Below are positions 40,301 through 49,592 of a stretch of DNA of 64,000 bases, piece by piece. The stretch is taken from the NCBI GenBank assembly GCA_044356455.1, contig JBIKWF010000004.1:1-64000 (forward strand), given 5' to 3'. Made by a program: the position numbers and the translations under genes. The notes under the pieces were generated by a model. The model was not told the origin of the DNA. It made no database searches and saw only the letters and a list, made by a program, of their open reading frames with translations. The first letter of the stretch is position 1. Each line of letters begins with the position of its first letter. The DNA comes from Bdellovibrionota bacterium (GTDB taxonomy: Bacteria; Bdellovibrionota_C; UBA2361; JBGSMV01).

Positions 40301-41285
40301 ATCGGTATTGACGAAAGACTGTGACGTAAAAGCGAGGACGTCGTCGCGTTCGGTACCCGACTATTATCGTGATATACCGGAAGGTGAGCGGCTTGAACGC
40401 ACAATTTCTGCTGATAATGTGGAAGTAAATCGCAACGCACGTGATCCTCGAAGCGTCGCAACACTCGTCGGCGTTTACACAGCGTTCTTTCAAGCCTATA
40501 ACGAGCGCTTCTCGGCAGTAACAAAAGTCAACACTGAATTCGTAGCGGTAGGAAAGCAGTACTCAGACGCTCTTACTGCGCTTCAAGATGTTCCTAATAC
40601 TTTTCAACCCCAGAACCGTCTTCTGTATTCCGATAAAATTGGGGGAACGGTGGGAAAGCTTGACCTCAAAGTCGATACGTCGGCAATTCTGATAACACTT
40701 CAGCCGCATGATCTTCCTGAGCCTCGATCGGTTATAGAGCTGCCGAGAGCTGGATTGCGCTCACTTACCTACCACGACCTTCCCGAAGTAGTGCGTGTAG
40801 AAAGTATTAATTCAGAAAGTGGTCGCGCCGAGCACGAAATCGCGGCGAAATTTCAAATTCTGCTGCACGGTAAAGATTTACTGAACGCCGTGGAAAACCG
40901 CGCGAATTTATCATTGGGTTTTGGTTCGAAGCATGCTCTGACTGGCTACCTTCTCGCGTTTGAAGGGGAAGTTCCGGCGGTGAAGGAGCCTGTGATAGTG
41001 ATAAACAATGTCGCAACGCTGCGGGGCGCTTCGTTTGCTTTCGGATCTATCGTGCACGGCTTTGGAGCGCTCTATCAAGCCGAGTATGTGTCCAGCGGTA
41101 AGCTCTACCCAGTCATGATGGAAGTTAGAGGAGAGTCCGAGCGAGCGCGATTTATAAAGACAGCCGAACGTCTGGCACAACGACTTAATCTTTCCTGTGA
41201 AGTTGTCGACCTTGATGCAGCTGAAGAGCAATCTGTACGCCATAGAATACTAGTTCGATTGGCATCGCGCCGGGTCCTGAAGTGA
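37323..41285 (+). CDS. Large hypothetical protein (1320 aa; helical repeats, CCMPFG-containing domain, GNAT-like tail)
   Basis: Long ORF; AGNETQCCMPFG..DNVEVN..VGKQYSD; tail LRSLTYHDLPEVVRVE..GYLLAFE. Confidence 0.8.
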   Translation: MPDDRGQGGTQVRPINGEEAIGVPSAPSPDAVQLAPDAPLAANELFKALALPITEKSLDCAAAILKACADPAEVLAIPEVQARYLLALSASLKLCATSEEGMDRLEAFAKAGQRRIVSLGGEFDAARKDAYLEAVKTGHLELVLRVEQTILGDLQADPTALQAAVRICCLNALRMDEMQSEGSPVGTFLRLFSFSHGFDAETIRHDASILHEVEEQHRAAIVGGFPNKLRKLSEASNSEDPPEKASQFQNERIKGLETALTRGDARNVEFILDWWNLPPDIIDRTPTLEAALAGLERRETPSRFQPATKLLALFPRLVTNTDPAFEEKATPVIAEALARTLAASPGRETLEAVIRLGLPDRILGQTDLAHAVHNYVLRPLLLAGELDESRQICKDFRIPETQLKDLLTPDEKLSALVASLKSKPLSEFQDLVKIFEIDQKQIQEPHLLEVAKVRLTKQFAQNAALAYRWLEIFPVLRSALTEIGLASYSEALLAGNFTAAEDVRQRLFGSDFSAKDARMPELPRALAHTHDLETLQNLAGFVLSNQTYVSYLGTSKTLPLLKKDEFARVGRLGVAPEHVEPYLAAGNSLGDLNNDETARRLVDYLIRHDSRWSSAMLRSAFEHGAGYFGAAAMLRFASHPDYAPDYCLQNIPQIVRFAQDSGVPASRFAEQILTRVRRDGGEYSEGSSYELLRSIATALTGKFELVIQSLSGVSEHSPLAAMRGRFETKADCVASWDSLKQLVAIIPILEQPILLAKLAQYKTNGRELEANYLQAIALRADSRVNPQDAFRFIESPETFFAQDDYGTTGPSQLMKIPYLPISGDSLRDAIVRGGLDRIMAFPPCSAECEVLVRGDKVYLGIRELLSDALGSQRNRIPGLAKNSKQLFAATQALLKDSGVTVPEYLSGKKVSSELDMKIRALAIDGTFGMKVEKLKLVAAVHRKSAPEAATAGNETQCCMPFGASNQNDYMLQPNVAHFTVQTHGDNRRRTLAQSVLTKDCDVKARTSSRSVPDYYRDIPEGERLERTISADNVEVNRNARDPRSVATLVGVYTAFFQAYNERFSAVTKVNTEFVAVGKQYSDALTALQDVPNTFQPQNRLLYSDKIGGTVGKLDLKVDTSAILITLQPHDLPEPRSVIELPRAGLRSLTYHDLPEVVRVESINSESGRAEHEIAAKFQILLHGKDLLNAVENRANLSLGFGSKHALTGYLLAFEGEVPAVKEPVIVINNVATLRGASFAFGSIVHGFGALYQAEYVSSGKLYPVMMEVRGESERARFIKTAERLAQRLNLSCEVVDLDAAEEQSVRHRILVRLASRRVLK

Positions 41286-41321
41286 CATAGCGAGGAGTCT
41301 ATCCGTAACAAGGCGCCAAGC

Positions 41322-41454
41322 GGGAGTCCTAGTTGGGACACCCAGTTTGGCCCGGGCGGGCTCGAACGTTACTTGCTTACCACTTGAAAGGATGGGCCTT
41401 GAAATTGCCCGCTTATGCCTGGGAGAAGAATCATTGGTTGCCCCGGAGAGACCC
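41322..41454 (+). repeat. Family B repeat copy (small internal deletion)
   Basis: Colinear with 36491-36633. Confidence 0.92.
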
Positions 41455-41890
41455 AGAGAACCCTCTAAGGTGGTTTCGAGAAAAAAGGGCGAAAGAACGC
41501 TGCGCCGCGCCGCTACGATTAGAGGATGCTACTCCAATTCCAGGCCTGAAGATTCCATGCCTACCCGCCGAAAAGGCGTAAAGGGCAGAGCCTCGCGAAG
41601 AAGATCGAGTGTGTAAGCTCGAAAGAATCGCCCTTGGACCCCTTCTGTTGCCAATGTCCAATTCGAACTGAAGTAGGCGGGCAAGTAATTCCAGCGCGTT
41701 AGGGGCATGTTGGGAATCTCAGCCTCCCCGCATGGCTACGGAGATTGGGTGCCCCAAAGGACCTCTCTTACTGGAGCTGCGCCGCGACTTGACCGGGCGT
41801 TCCCTAAGCAACCGCTTCTAGAGCACAAATAATGAAATGTGCTAATAACACGTACGAAGCATTTTGGTTGTAGAGGCACAAAAAGGGTGA

Positions 41891-44401
41891 TTGGCGATGA
41901 GAGATTTTAAAGAGATTACTCCTCCAAACGGTCCCATGGAGGGGGTCAACTCGCCCTCTCAGAGATTCGGCCCTAACGGTCTTGAGTCTCCCTTTGAGGA
42001 ACTCATAATTGACGTGGGCATCGACAGTCCCTCTGAGCCATTGCCTGAGGGCCCAGCACAGGCGGGATCAAATGGCCTCGAGTCGCCCTTCGAGGAGGCC
42101 CCTCTAGATCCCCAAGAGCCAAGACCCTATGAGCTGTCAGCTATGGATAGTTCCATGCGCCGCACACTACTAGGGGTTCCTCCATCGGAGAACTATGCTT
42201 ACGCAAAAAATTCTGATCTGGCCGCTGTAAGTCATAGTTCACATGTGACCGGCCAAACCCTCGGTGACACTCCAGCTATCTCCGAATTAGGAGTCGGGAG
42301 GGAGTTGAAGACCTATTTTGGCTACGAGGAATTTCGTCCTTTACAGCGCGAGATAGTGGAGCTGGTGTTGGAGGGGCGAGATGTATTGGGTGTTTTGCCT
42401 GTTGGCGGTGGAAAGCAGCTCTGCTTCGAGCTTCCAGCACTAATGCACATAAACGACGGCATAACCCCGGTGATCTGCCCAACCATCTCGCTAATTAATG
42501 ACCGTGTTCGCGCTTTAAAGAAATTTGGTATCGATGTCGCTGTGTTCCATTCTAACCAATCCGAGGCAGAGATTCGGAGAAATGAGGATCTGATCAGTTC
42601 TAGAAAGACCGCATTGGTGTATGTCTCTCCAGAACGCCTTCGGCGCGAAGATTTCTATAGATTGATTGACAGTGCAGGCCGCAAAGTCTGGCGATTGGTG
42701 GTAGATGAGGCTCATTGTGTGAGCCAATGGGGGCATGATTTTCGCCCGAGCTACTTGGCAATATCTGCTGCTCGTCGAAGGCTCGGTATGCCACCAATGG
42801 CGGCGTTTACCGCCACAGCATCTGAAGTTACGAGGGCAGACATCAAAGCAGTTTTGGGAATTGAAGGTGCTGTGGAGGTTATAGGGCCAGCCGTGCCTAC
42901 TAATATCCGCTTTGAAAAGGATATTTTTCAGAATGAGACAGAACGTCAAGCGCAAGTTCTCGCGCTCATTGCTCGAATTCACAATGAAGGAAAGCGCTGG
43001 ATTGCCTATAGCCTGACGATTAAAAACTGCCTTGAACTTCATTCCTTGTTGCAGAATGCAGGAATAATCTCTTCGGTATATCACGGAGAGTTGGAGCCCG
43101 CAGCACGGGAGCGGAGCCAGCAAGCATTCTCCAACGGCACTATCATTGGAATGTGCGCAACCAAAAGCTTCGGTATGGGCATAGATCTTCCCGTTGATCA
43201 CATAATAATGACGCAACTACCAGAATCGGCGGAATCATTGTTGCAGGCTGCGGGTCGAGCTGGTCGTAGTCAGCAGCCCGCCGTCTGCACTGTCTACGGG
43301 CGTAGCTCAGATATAAGTATTCTCCAGGCTTTCGTGCGTGGATCTAATCCGCAGCTCGGCACCATCGATTACACTGCCCGAGCACTGGCTAGATGGGTAA
43401 GCAAGGGCTCGCAGTGCGATCTGATGAATGATTCCGGTTTTCCTTTTCCAGAGAAGGCCTTCTTACTCTGGATAGCTCGTAACAATGAACGCCTCGAAGG
43501 ACTTTTTGGTTCAGCTCTAGCTGCCCTTGAAGAGCATAAAATTATCGATCGCTTTGATGGAAAGGTCAGGTTCTTAGTCAATCGAGACAGGCTAAATGCG
43601 GATGGATTGGTCAGTCAGGAGATTCTAGATCAGAAGCGAAGGATTGATGAGGTTCGAATGAGCACCATCGTCAGCATGGTCTTTTCTGATTCTCCTTTAA
43701 GTTCGACCCTGGAAAGTTACTTTGATAGAAATGAGCAGCCGCCACCTCTGGAACCTGAAGAAATTGATGATTTACTTCGATTTAAGATTCCCGAAGATCG
43801 CTTAACGGTTTATCTGGGACTACTTGGACTTAACGACATCAGTAGCCTGACCTTTGCTGAGAGAGCGCATACTGGTGGGAGTGCCCCAAAAAATGAGTTC
43901 TCAGGTCGTTTAGGTACTATGTGCGACAGCACTGAGGGCTACCAGTCGGGGAGGGCGAGAATTAATGAGGAGATTAAAGAACTAATTAGAGCCAATCTAA
44001 TCTCTGCATATCCGGCCCAAGGAAAGTCCATTTATGCACTGAGCATGGAAGGAATGATGGAAGCTGAGCGGCTAGGTGTGCTAGCTCCGAAATCGGAAGA
44101 TTGGTCCGATCTAGTCCAGAGGTTTTTTAATCCGGTCAACTTTCAGCTGGTTATAGATTGTCTCGGTGGCTGGATCGCTAGTAATAAGCCTGCATCAGAT
44201 CTCAACGTAAATGATGAGGATTTCGTTGATTTGTTTCTCAGGACCAAGTTTAAGTTCCCGGGCTCTGAGTCTACAAAAACTGGAAAGTCTATTTTTTGTG
44301 ATGTGACTAAGAGAAAACCGTCCGAGCTAAAAACGGTTACGAAGGCGGAGGTTATTGGTTTTCTGCGAATCTTTTTTCCGGAGCTTCCAGTTGCTAGATA
44401 G
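41891..44401 (+). CDS. Divergent RecQ-family helicase
   Basis: FGYEEFRPLQ, GGGKQLCF, VDEAHCVSQWGHDFRPSY, FTATA, FGMGID, GRAGR. Confidence 0.9.
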   Translation: MAMRDFKEITPPNGPMEGVNSPSQRFGPNGLESPFEELIIDVGIDSPSEPLPEGPAQAGSNGLESPFEEAPLDPQEPRPYELSAMDSSMRRTLLGVPPSENYAYAKNSDLAAVSHSSHVTGQTLGDTPAISELGVGRELKTYFGYEEFRPLQREIVELVLEGRDVLGVLPVGGGKQLCFELPALMHINDGITPVICPTISLINDRVRALKKFGIDVAVFHSNQSEAEIRRNEDLISSRKTALVYVSPERLRREDFYRLIDSAGRKVWRLVVDEAHCVSQWGHDFRPSYLAISAARRRLGMPPMAAFTATASEVTRADIKAVLGIEGAVEVIGPAVPTNIRFEKDIFQNETERQAQVLALIARIHNEGKRWIAYSLTIKNCLELHSLLQNAGIISSVYHGELEPAARERSQQAFSNGTIIGMCATKSFGMGIDLPVDHIIMTQLPESAESLLQAAGRAGRSQQPAVCTVYGRSSDISILQAFVRGSNPQLGTIDYTARALARWVSKGSQCDLMNDSGFPFPEKAFLLWIARNNERLEGLFGSALAALEEHKIIDRFDGKVRFLVNRDRLNADGLVSQEILDQKRRIDEVRMSTIVSMVFSDSPLSSTLESYFDRNEQPPPLEPEEIDDLLRFKIPEDRLTVYLGLLGLNDISSLTFAERAHTGGSAPKNEFSGRLGTMCDSTEGYQSGRARINEEIKELIRANLISAYPAQGKSIYALSMEGMMEAERLGVLAPKSEDWSDLVQRFFNPVNFQLVIDCLGGWIASNKPASDLNVNDEDFVDLFLRTKFKFPGSESTKTGKSIFCDVTKRKPSELKTVTKAEVIGFLRIFFPELPVAR

Positions 44402-44405
44402 TGAA

Positions 44406-44550
44406 GGAGAGTCCTAGTTGGGACACCCACTTTTCGTTCCCGCAGGACCGGGAGAGCTGGAGCTTTACTAGCTAACCACTTGAAAGGATGGGCCTTAGAA
44501 CTGCCGACTTATGCCTGGTAAGGGAATCATTGGGTGTCCCAGAGAGCCCC
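44406..44550 (+). repeat. Family B repeat copy
   Basis: Colinear with 36491-36633; begins 4 bp after the helicase stop codon. Confidence 0.95.
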
Positions 44551-45037
44551 TCGGACCGAGTTAGTAAAGCTGCGAGCAGGCGACCCGGATGCTCTTGTTA
44601 TCGTGCACCTCGCGTCTACCTTAGGAATTGCGATTAAGCAGGCTCGGGAGACGGGACATACTGGGCAGCTTTTTGGCACATCTGACGGCGAGGAGGCGAG
44701 CGTGATAGACCAAGGTGGCGCGAGTGCGGAGGGGCTGCAGCTCCTTGCGCCTGAGCCAAAAGAAGAGTCAGAACAGATGAAGATGTTTCAGAAGGCCTTC
44801 GTGGTGCGATATGGGCACGAGCCACATCCTTTGTCGCGGCACTCCTATGATGCAACGATGCTTGCGACAACCGCACTATCCGAATGCAAAATGGATCGGG
44901 AATGCGCCAAAGAACGCATATACCGGGTGCGGGACTATCAGGGGGCGAGTGGCTCCTTCTCCATCAATTCAGATGGCGGCACAAGTCGTTCCTTTGTAGT
45001 GAAAGTTGTTCGGGATGGGAGATTCGTCCGCGAATGA
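44551..45037 (+). pseudogene. 5'-truncated LivJ/K-type ABC substrate-binding protein
   Basis: Begins mid-domain (RTELVKLRAGDPDAL..SYDA..YQGASGSFSINSDG) exactly at the repeat end; no signal peptide or N-lobe. Confidence 0.8.
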
Positions 45038-45172
45038 TTTTTTGCTTCAATCTTTAGTTGCACCAAAACAAGGAATCGTACGCGCCTTTCGAGTCTGACG
45101 ATTGGAGACGCAGAAGTTTCTTGAAAGACGCCTAAAGTGCAAGGTAACGTGGTGTGTCTTATAGGAGCTTAC

Positions 45173-46249
45173 ATGAAGGCACTTTTCAATCGCATGCTCA
45201 TTACCCTGATCGGTGTGTTCATAACCGGCTCCTTGTCTGGTGCCTGTTTCGGACAGGTTACCAAAATTGGCGTGATTACTGACCTTAGTGGCTACGGAGC
45301 CTTTTGGGGAAAACAAACGCGGCTAGGCATAGAACTCTTAGAGGAGGACCTAAAGCGAGAAGGTCTTAACGTGAGCTTTGTTTTTGGAGATTCTGCGTTT
45401 AAACCGGCCCAAGCTGTCAGCGAAGCGCAAAAGCTCATCTCGTCGGATAACGTAGACGCCTTGTTTGTCGAGTTCAGTTCTATAGTAAACGCCGTCTCTC
45501 CTGTTGCCAAGAATTCCTCTCGACTGCTCTTGGCCACTTGTGGAGCAAGATCCTTTCTTGACAGTAATCCCTACGCGCTGAAGACCTTCCTCGATTATGA
45601 GCAAGGGTGCCAGGACATAGGGCGCTACTGGAAAAGACAGGGGCTGCACTCCATAGGCCTTCTTCGGGTTGCATCCGAAATTGGAGAGCTTTGCTTTCGC
45701 GGAGTAAAAAAGGAATTTCCATCCTTGATCGAGGGGGCCTTCAACGCCGGTGAGGATGTTTCTTCGCAGCTCTTAAGAATGCGGGCCTCTGGCGTTCAAG
45801 CGATATTTAGCTCTGGATTCGAAGGGGACACGCTGAATTTGCTTAAGGCAAAGCAGACACTTAGGTGGAAGGTCCCTATCGGGGGGCCCGATTCAGATGT
45901 ACTCACAGCCAAGGTAATTAAGGAGTACTCAAGTGAGATCGAGGAGACGGTGACGTTCGGATATCCCCCTGTCAGCGAATCCTTCAAACAGCGCATTCTA
46001 ATCAAGGACCCTTCGAATGATTTGACTGTGATTGAAGCTGCAGCGAATGCGTATCTTTTTCTTGGACAGGTGGCGCGCTCCATTGCGCAATGCAAGAAAA
46101 GCGACGTCGAATGTCAACTTGCCAAGGTTACCTCGAATGGGCCAGAGGAGCTCTTAGCATTCAAGGGTTGGAAGGATCGGGTGGCGGATCACGGGTTTGT
46201 CTTGACCGTTTGGACGGACGGTAAGAGAGTGGTTATCAATGATGAATAG
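45173..46249 (+). CDS. LivJ/K-type ABC transporter substrate-binding protein
   Basis: Signal peptide, KIGVITDLSGYGAFWG..AVSEAQKLISSDNVD; AGGAG RBS. Confidence 0.85.
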   Translation: MKALFNRMLITLIGVFITGSLSGACFGQVTKIGVITDLSGYGAFWGKQTRLGIELLEEDLKREGLNVSFVFGDSAFKPAQAVSEAQKLISSDNVDALFVEFSSIVNAVSPVAKNSSRLLLATCGARSFLDSNPYALKTFLDYEQGCQDIGRYWKRQGLHSIGLLRVASEIGELCFRGVKKEFPSLIEGAFNAGEDVSSQLLRMRASGVQAIFSSGFEGDTLNLLKAKQTLRWKVPIGGPDSDVLTAKVIKEYSSEIEETVTFGYPPVSESFKQRILIKDPSNDLTVIEAAANAYLFLGQVARSIAQCKKSDVECQLAKVTSNGPEELLAFKGWKDRVADHGFVLTVWTDGKRVVINDE

Positions 46250-46364
46250 GGCGCATGGCAAAGATCGAAACCGCCCACGCCTTTAGCAACAACCCAGAAT
46301 TTTTTGCTGGGTCTCGTTATAAGCTAGTCGATATCTCAGACGAGGTTGGATCTCAGGCTCTTAC

Positions 46365-47180
46365 CTAAGAAGCGAGCAGGGCTGCCTCACGGTAGCGCTT
46401 TGATCGAGATATCCGATCCCACAGTGTGCTCTCCCGCAAGCCTCCATTGGTTACTGATAAAGATCCGTTCGCTGCAGTGCAGCGGGTGGAGAATAACTTT
46501 TCTCCCCTTGCGAGAAAGTAGGCGGAATAAGCTGCGGCTAAGAGATAAACCGGGACTGACATGGCTCCGGGAGCCTCGATTCGATTGTCACGGCGTGAGA
46601 ATGCTTCGATACCGACCTCTCCTATTTCCCGGTCACCGAATCGTGGATTCTTCAGCCAGCGCTTCAGCTGCCGATGGTCAAAAACGGGTTTCCCAAAATG
46701 CCGTATGGCCAGCTCTTGGGACTCGGAAAGGAATTCTCTAAGATTACCTCCACACTTAAATCGAACTATACTCGCTTCCAGCCACCTGTCTTCGGTCGTC
46801 ACCCCGTGCTGAGTGAGAAAAGTGGCCACCGTTGATTGTGCGTGCTTCAACCTATCGAATAGATCCTTCTCAACTGCCTTGGTAGGCGAATCGTGTCTGG
46901 CGCGGCAGAGTTCTCGCAGAACCTCAGCTATGTCAGGTGCGGGAAGTGAGTCCACGACCTTTTGACGCTCGAGAACCACCCCTGGAGCTTCGCTGAACTG
47001 TCCAAGGATTTTTTCAAGCGATTTCTTAAGGCCACGGAGTTTTTCGTTGTCCGCCTCAGGAATAGCTGCTCTGACTAGCCTCACGAGCTCTTCGGAGCCC
47101 AACGATGGAAGAAGGGGGGACGCAGTTCCACCCCAGCGAGTGCTTTCAAACTTTCGTGTGTTTTCCTCAAGATTGCTCAT
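46365..47180 (-). CDS. Hypothetical protein
   Basis: 271-aa ORF with GGAG upstream of the ATG. Confidence 0.6.
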   Translation of the reverse strand: MSNLEENTRKFESTRWGGTASPLLPSLGSEELVRLVRAAIPEADNEKLRGLKKSLEKILGQFSEAPGVVLERQKVVDSLPAPDIAEVLRELCRARHDSPTKAVEKDLFDRLKHAQSTVATFLTQHGVTTEDRWLEASIVRFKCGGNLREFLSESQELAIRHFGKPVFDHRQLKRWLKNPRFGDREIGEVGIEAFSRRDNRIEAPGAMSVPVYLLAAAYSAYFLARGEKLFSTRCTAANGSLSVTNGGLRESTLWDRISRSKRYREAALLAS

Positions 47181-47409
47181 TGGTATCTCCTCTCTGGTCT
47201 TCTGAATTCATGCCCGCAAGGATCTCCCTCAGGAGGTCGATTTTCATCGACTCTGGGAGAGCGGTATTTTTTGCGAGTTCATCAAGCTGGGCTTCAATAG
47301 CTTGAATGAGCGCTTTCTTCGTGTCGTTTCCTTCCGAGCCCATACACTCCAGTTTTTGTCCGTTGCTTAGGGTCGGCGCCCCTCCAAAGTATAAATGGGT
47401 TATAGACAC
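47167..47409 (-). CDS. Small hypothetical protein
   Basis: Overlaps the start of the downstream ORF; amphipathic helices. Confidence 0.4.
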   Translation of the reverse strand: MSITHLYFGGAPTLSNGQKLECMGSEGNDTKKALIQAIEAQLDELAKNTALPESMKIDLLREILAGMNSEDQRGDTNEQS

Positions 47410-47759
47410 ATTTAATGTGGGTGTTGCATAGCAGCGCCTGCTAACTCAAGAAGGCTGTAATTACAGACAGTTAGGCGAGAGCTGGTGAATAGGCAGGCGT
47501 AACCTGAATTCAACACTCGTTGAATAACCGGGCAGTTGTGCCAAAGAGTAGGACTTCCTTGCTAGGGGCGAGGGAAGTCTCGCTTCTGTGCGGCCGTACT
47601 TTTGAGTCAGCTTCTAGCCCTTATACCTCAGTGCGCCGTTCCTGGCGCACTCGTCTCGCGGATGTAAGTTCCAACGGTGGGAATTGGTTTTTCCGCTGTT
47701 CCAATCAACCACAGAGACCACCGCGCGGGCATTTTCCGAGCTTGCCTAGTGGAACCTTT

Positions 47760-48593
47760 TTACGCGGCGAGTAATTCTCGAACCGTCATTGAGAAAAGCG
47801 CGGCGGTTGGCCCAGACAGTACAATTTCGTTACCAAGCGAATCGACGTTGAGAATCCCTCCCCGGTTCATAAGCGTAATAGGGAATCTATGTCCCCCGAA
47901 CTGGTTCAGGACTAAGGCGGCGGCACAGTTTCCGGTTCCGCAAGCCTCGGTAATCGCTTCTATATGTCGCTCGTAGGTACGTATTTGAATTTGCTCGCCG
48001 GACCGGCTCACAAAGTTCACGTACACTCCCTCACGTGGGTCAATGCCAAGCTGGTGGCAGAGCTGCGCATGGTGACACAGGGCTCGACCTTCCGCTTCGA
48101 GCATTGGATAGGCGTCAAAGTCTCCGTTGGGGTCCCAAACGACAAGGTGCGGGCAACCTGTGTCTACAAAGAAGAAATTTTCGAGCTTCTGAAATTGGCG
48201 AGGCCTGCTCATAGAAATAGCTGAATAGCCATTAAGCCAGAACCCCTCTTTGATGCCATCTTGTGTTTCAACCTGTACTCTCTCTTTGGCCATTGTCGAC
48301 AAGAAATGAGCGACAACACAGCGGAGGCCATTGCCACACATGCGCTCTTCAGAACCATCACTATCGTATACCCTGAATGCGATATCTCCAATTGTGGAGG
48401 GTGTGACAAACAAGACTGAATCAACCTTAAAGCGGTATTGCGCAGCGCTCGCTACGAGGGTACGCACGAATGAAGGGCGATCTATATACTGGTATTGTCG
48501 CGCGTGTTCCTCAATCAGAAGAAAGCGATTATGACACCCGTGTAGTAAGTGTACGGTGGCATCAGCGTCAATTTCGTTCGTAAGGGATATCAT
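47760..48593 (-). CDS. dapF: Diaminopimelate epimerase family protein
   Basis: HGCHNRF, DGSEERMCGNGLRC, TGCPHLV, NFV, RTYER..TEACGTG; both catalytic Cys present. Confidence 0.85.
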   Translation of the reverse strand: MISLTNEIDADATVHLLHGCHNRFLLIEEHARQYQYIDRPSFVRTLVASAAQYRFKVDSVLFVTPSTIGDIAFRVYDSDGSEERMCGNGLRCVVAHFLSTMAKERVQVETQDGIKEGFWLNGYSAISMSRPRQFQKLENFFFVDTGCPHLVVWDPNGDFDAYPMLEAEGRALCHHAQLCHQLGIDPREGVYVNFVSRSGEQIQIRTYERHIEAITEACGTGNCAAALVLNQFGGHRFPITLMNRGGILNVDSLGNEIVLSGPTAALFSMTVRELLAA

Positions 48594-48654
48594 CTCAGTT
48601 TCACCGGTAGGTAGGCACGAGGGCTCGTTCGTAGGAACTCACGCTGTCGGTAAG

Positions 48655-49224
48655 CTAAGCGGGCGGGACGCGGACTCTTGGTAGCACTAGTCCAGACCAG
48701 GGGGATTGCGATGTGATGGAGTTTGCGAGCTCAGCTGATTGCTGGGGGCTAAGCATCCTTCCCAGCCACTTCTCAATCGAATCAGCCATCTGCGTGTCCC
48801 CTTCCGCGAGTGCGGCAGCTACCGCCTTCTTAACAAGCTGCTGGTCGGCGATCGTCGGCCGTTGCTCGCTCGCTCCGAATGCGTGAGAAAGATAGGAGAG
48901 AAGGGCTCTCTGGACTTCAGCGAGAGGCTCTCGAGTTTGCGTCTCCTGACTAAGCGCCATGTGCATGGACAGATAACGAGAGATTTCCAGGCGCTCTTCC
49001 TTGGATCCGGTAAGCGCGATTTCCACTAAGCTATCCAGTTCTTCTTTTTTTCTTGGAGAAGGCGCTCGCTCGCGCATCGCCCCAATTACCCCCAGAGCGG
49101 CTCGAAATCCAAGCGGACGGGGTGGGAGGAGGGGGCTGGAAGCCGCGGGACATGGATGGGGTGTTAGTTTCCCACGGGGGATTCGGTCAAGCTGTGACAT
49201 ATAACTCTCCACATGGGGCAACAC
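48655..49224 (-). CDS. Hypothetical protein
   Basis: Helical ORF; no motif recognised. Confidence 0.55.
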   Translation of the reverse strand: MLPHVESYMSQLDRIPRGKLTPHPCPAASSPLLPPRPLGFRAALGVIGAMRERAPSPRKKEELDSLVEIALTGSKEERLEISRYLSMHMALSQETQTREPLAEVQRALLSYLSHAFGASEQRPTIADQQLVKKAVAAALAEGDTQMADSIEKWLGRMLSPQQSAELANSITSQSPWSGLVLPRVRVPPA

Positions 49225-49410
49225 TCTCGTGTCACCACTGCAAGACAGTTATCCCCCCCCGGGAAAGCGTTCAGCTCGTCGACATTCTGCCTCTGAAAGA
49301 CTTGCTAAGCTAGGGTGATAGAACGGACCTTCTACAGATCGCCCGGCTCAACTATCTAGGAGGTTCAATTCACTGATGGTAATGCGGCAGTTACGTGCTA
49401 CAGCCTCCTA

Positions 49411-49547
49411 CTAATTGGGACACCCACTTCTCGTTCCTGCTAGCCCGGACGAGCTGGAACTTAACGTGTCAACCACTTGAAAGGATGCGCCTTAGAATTT
49501 CCGGCTTATGCCTGGTAGAGGAGTCATTGGGTGTCCCGGAGAGACCC
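49411..49547 (+). repeat. Family B repeat copy
   Basis: CTAATTGGGACACCCA..AACCACTTGAAAGGATGCGCCTTAGAA..TTGGGTGTCCCGGAGAGACCC. Confidence 0.92.
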
Positions 49548-49549
49548 AA

Positions 49550-49575
49550 TATCGGGGCTCGTGCGAGCCCCGATA
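49550..49575 (-). terminator. GC-rich hairpin, possible terminator of 49593..50030
   Basis: TATCGGGGCTCG-TG-CGAGCCCCGATA; weak U tract. Confidence 0.5.
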
Positions 49576-49592
49576 CCTAGGAAACTCAAGAC

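Noticed and set aside
29461..49547. Family B repeats as integron attC sites
   Set aside because: No canonical RYYYAAC..GTTRRRY ends, no integrase in the window, and the intervals contain several genes on both strands.
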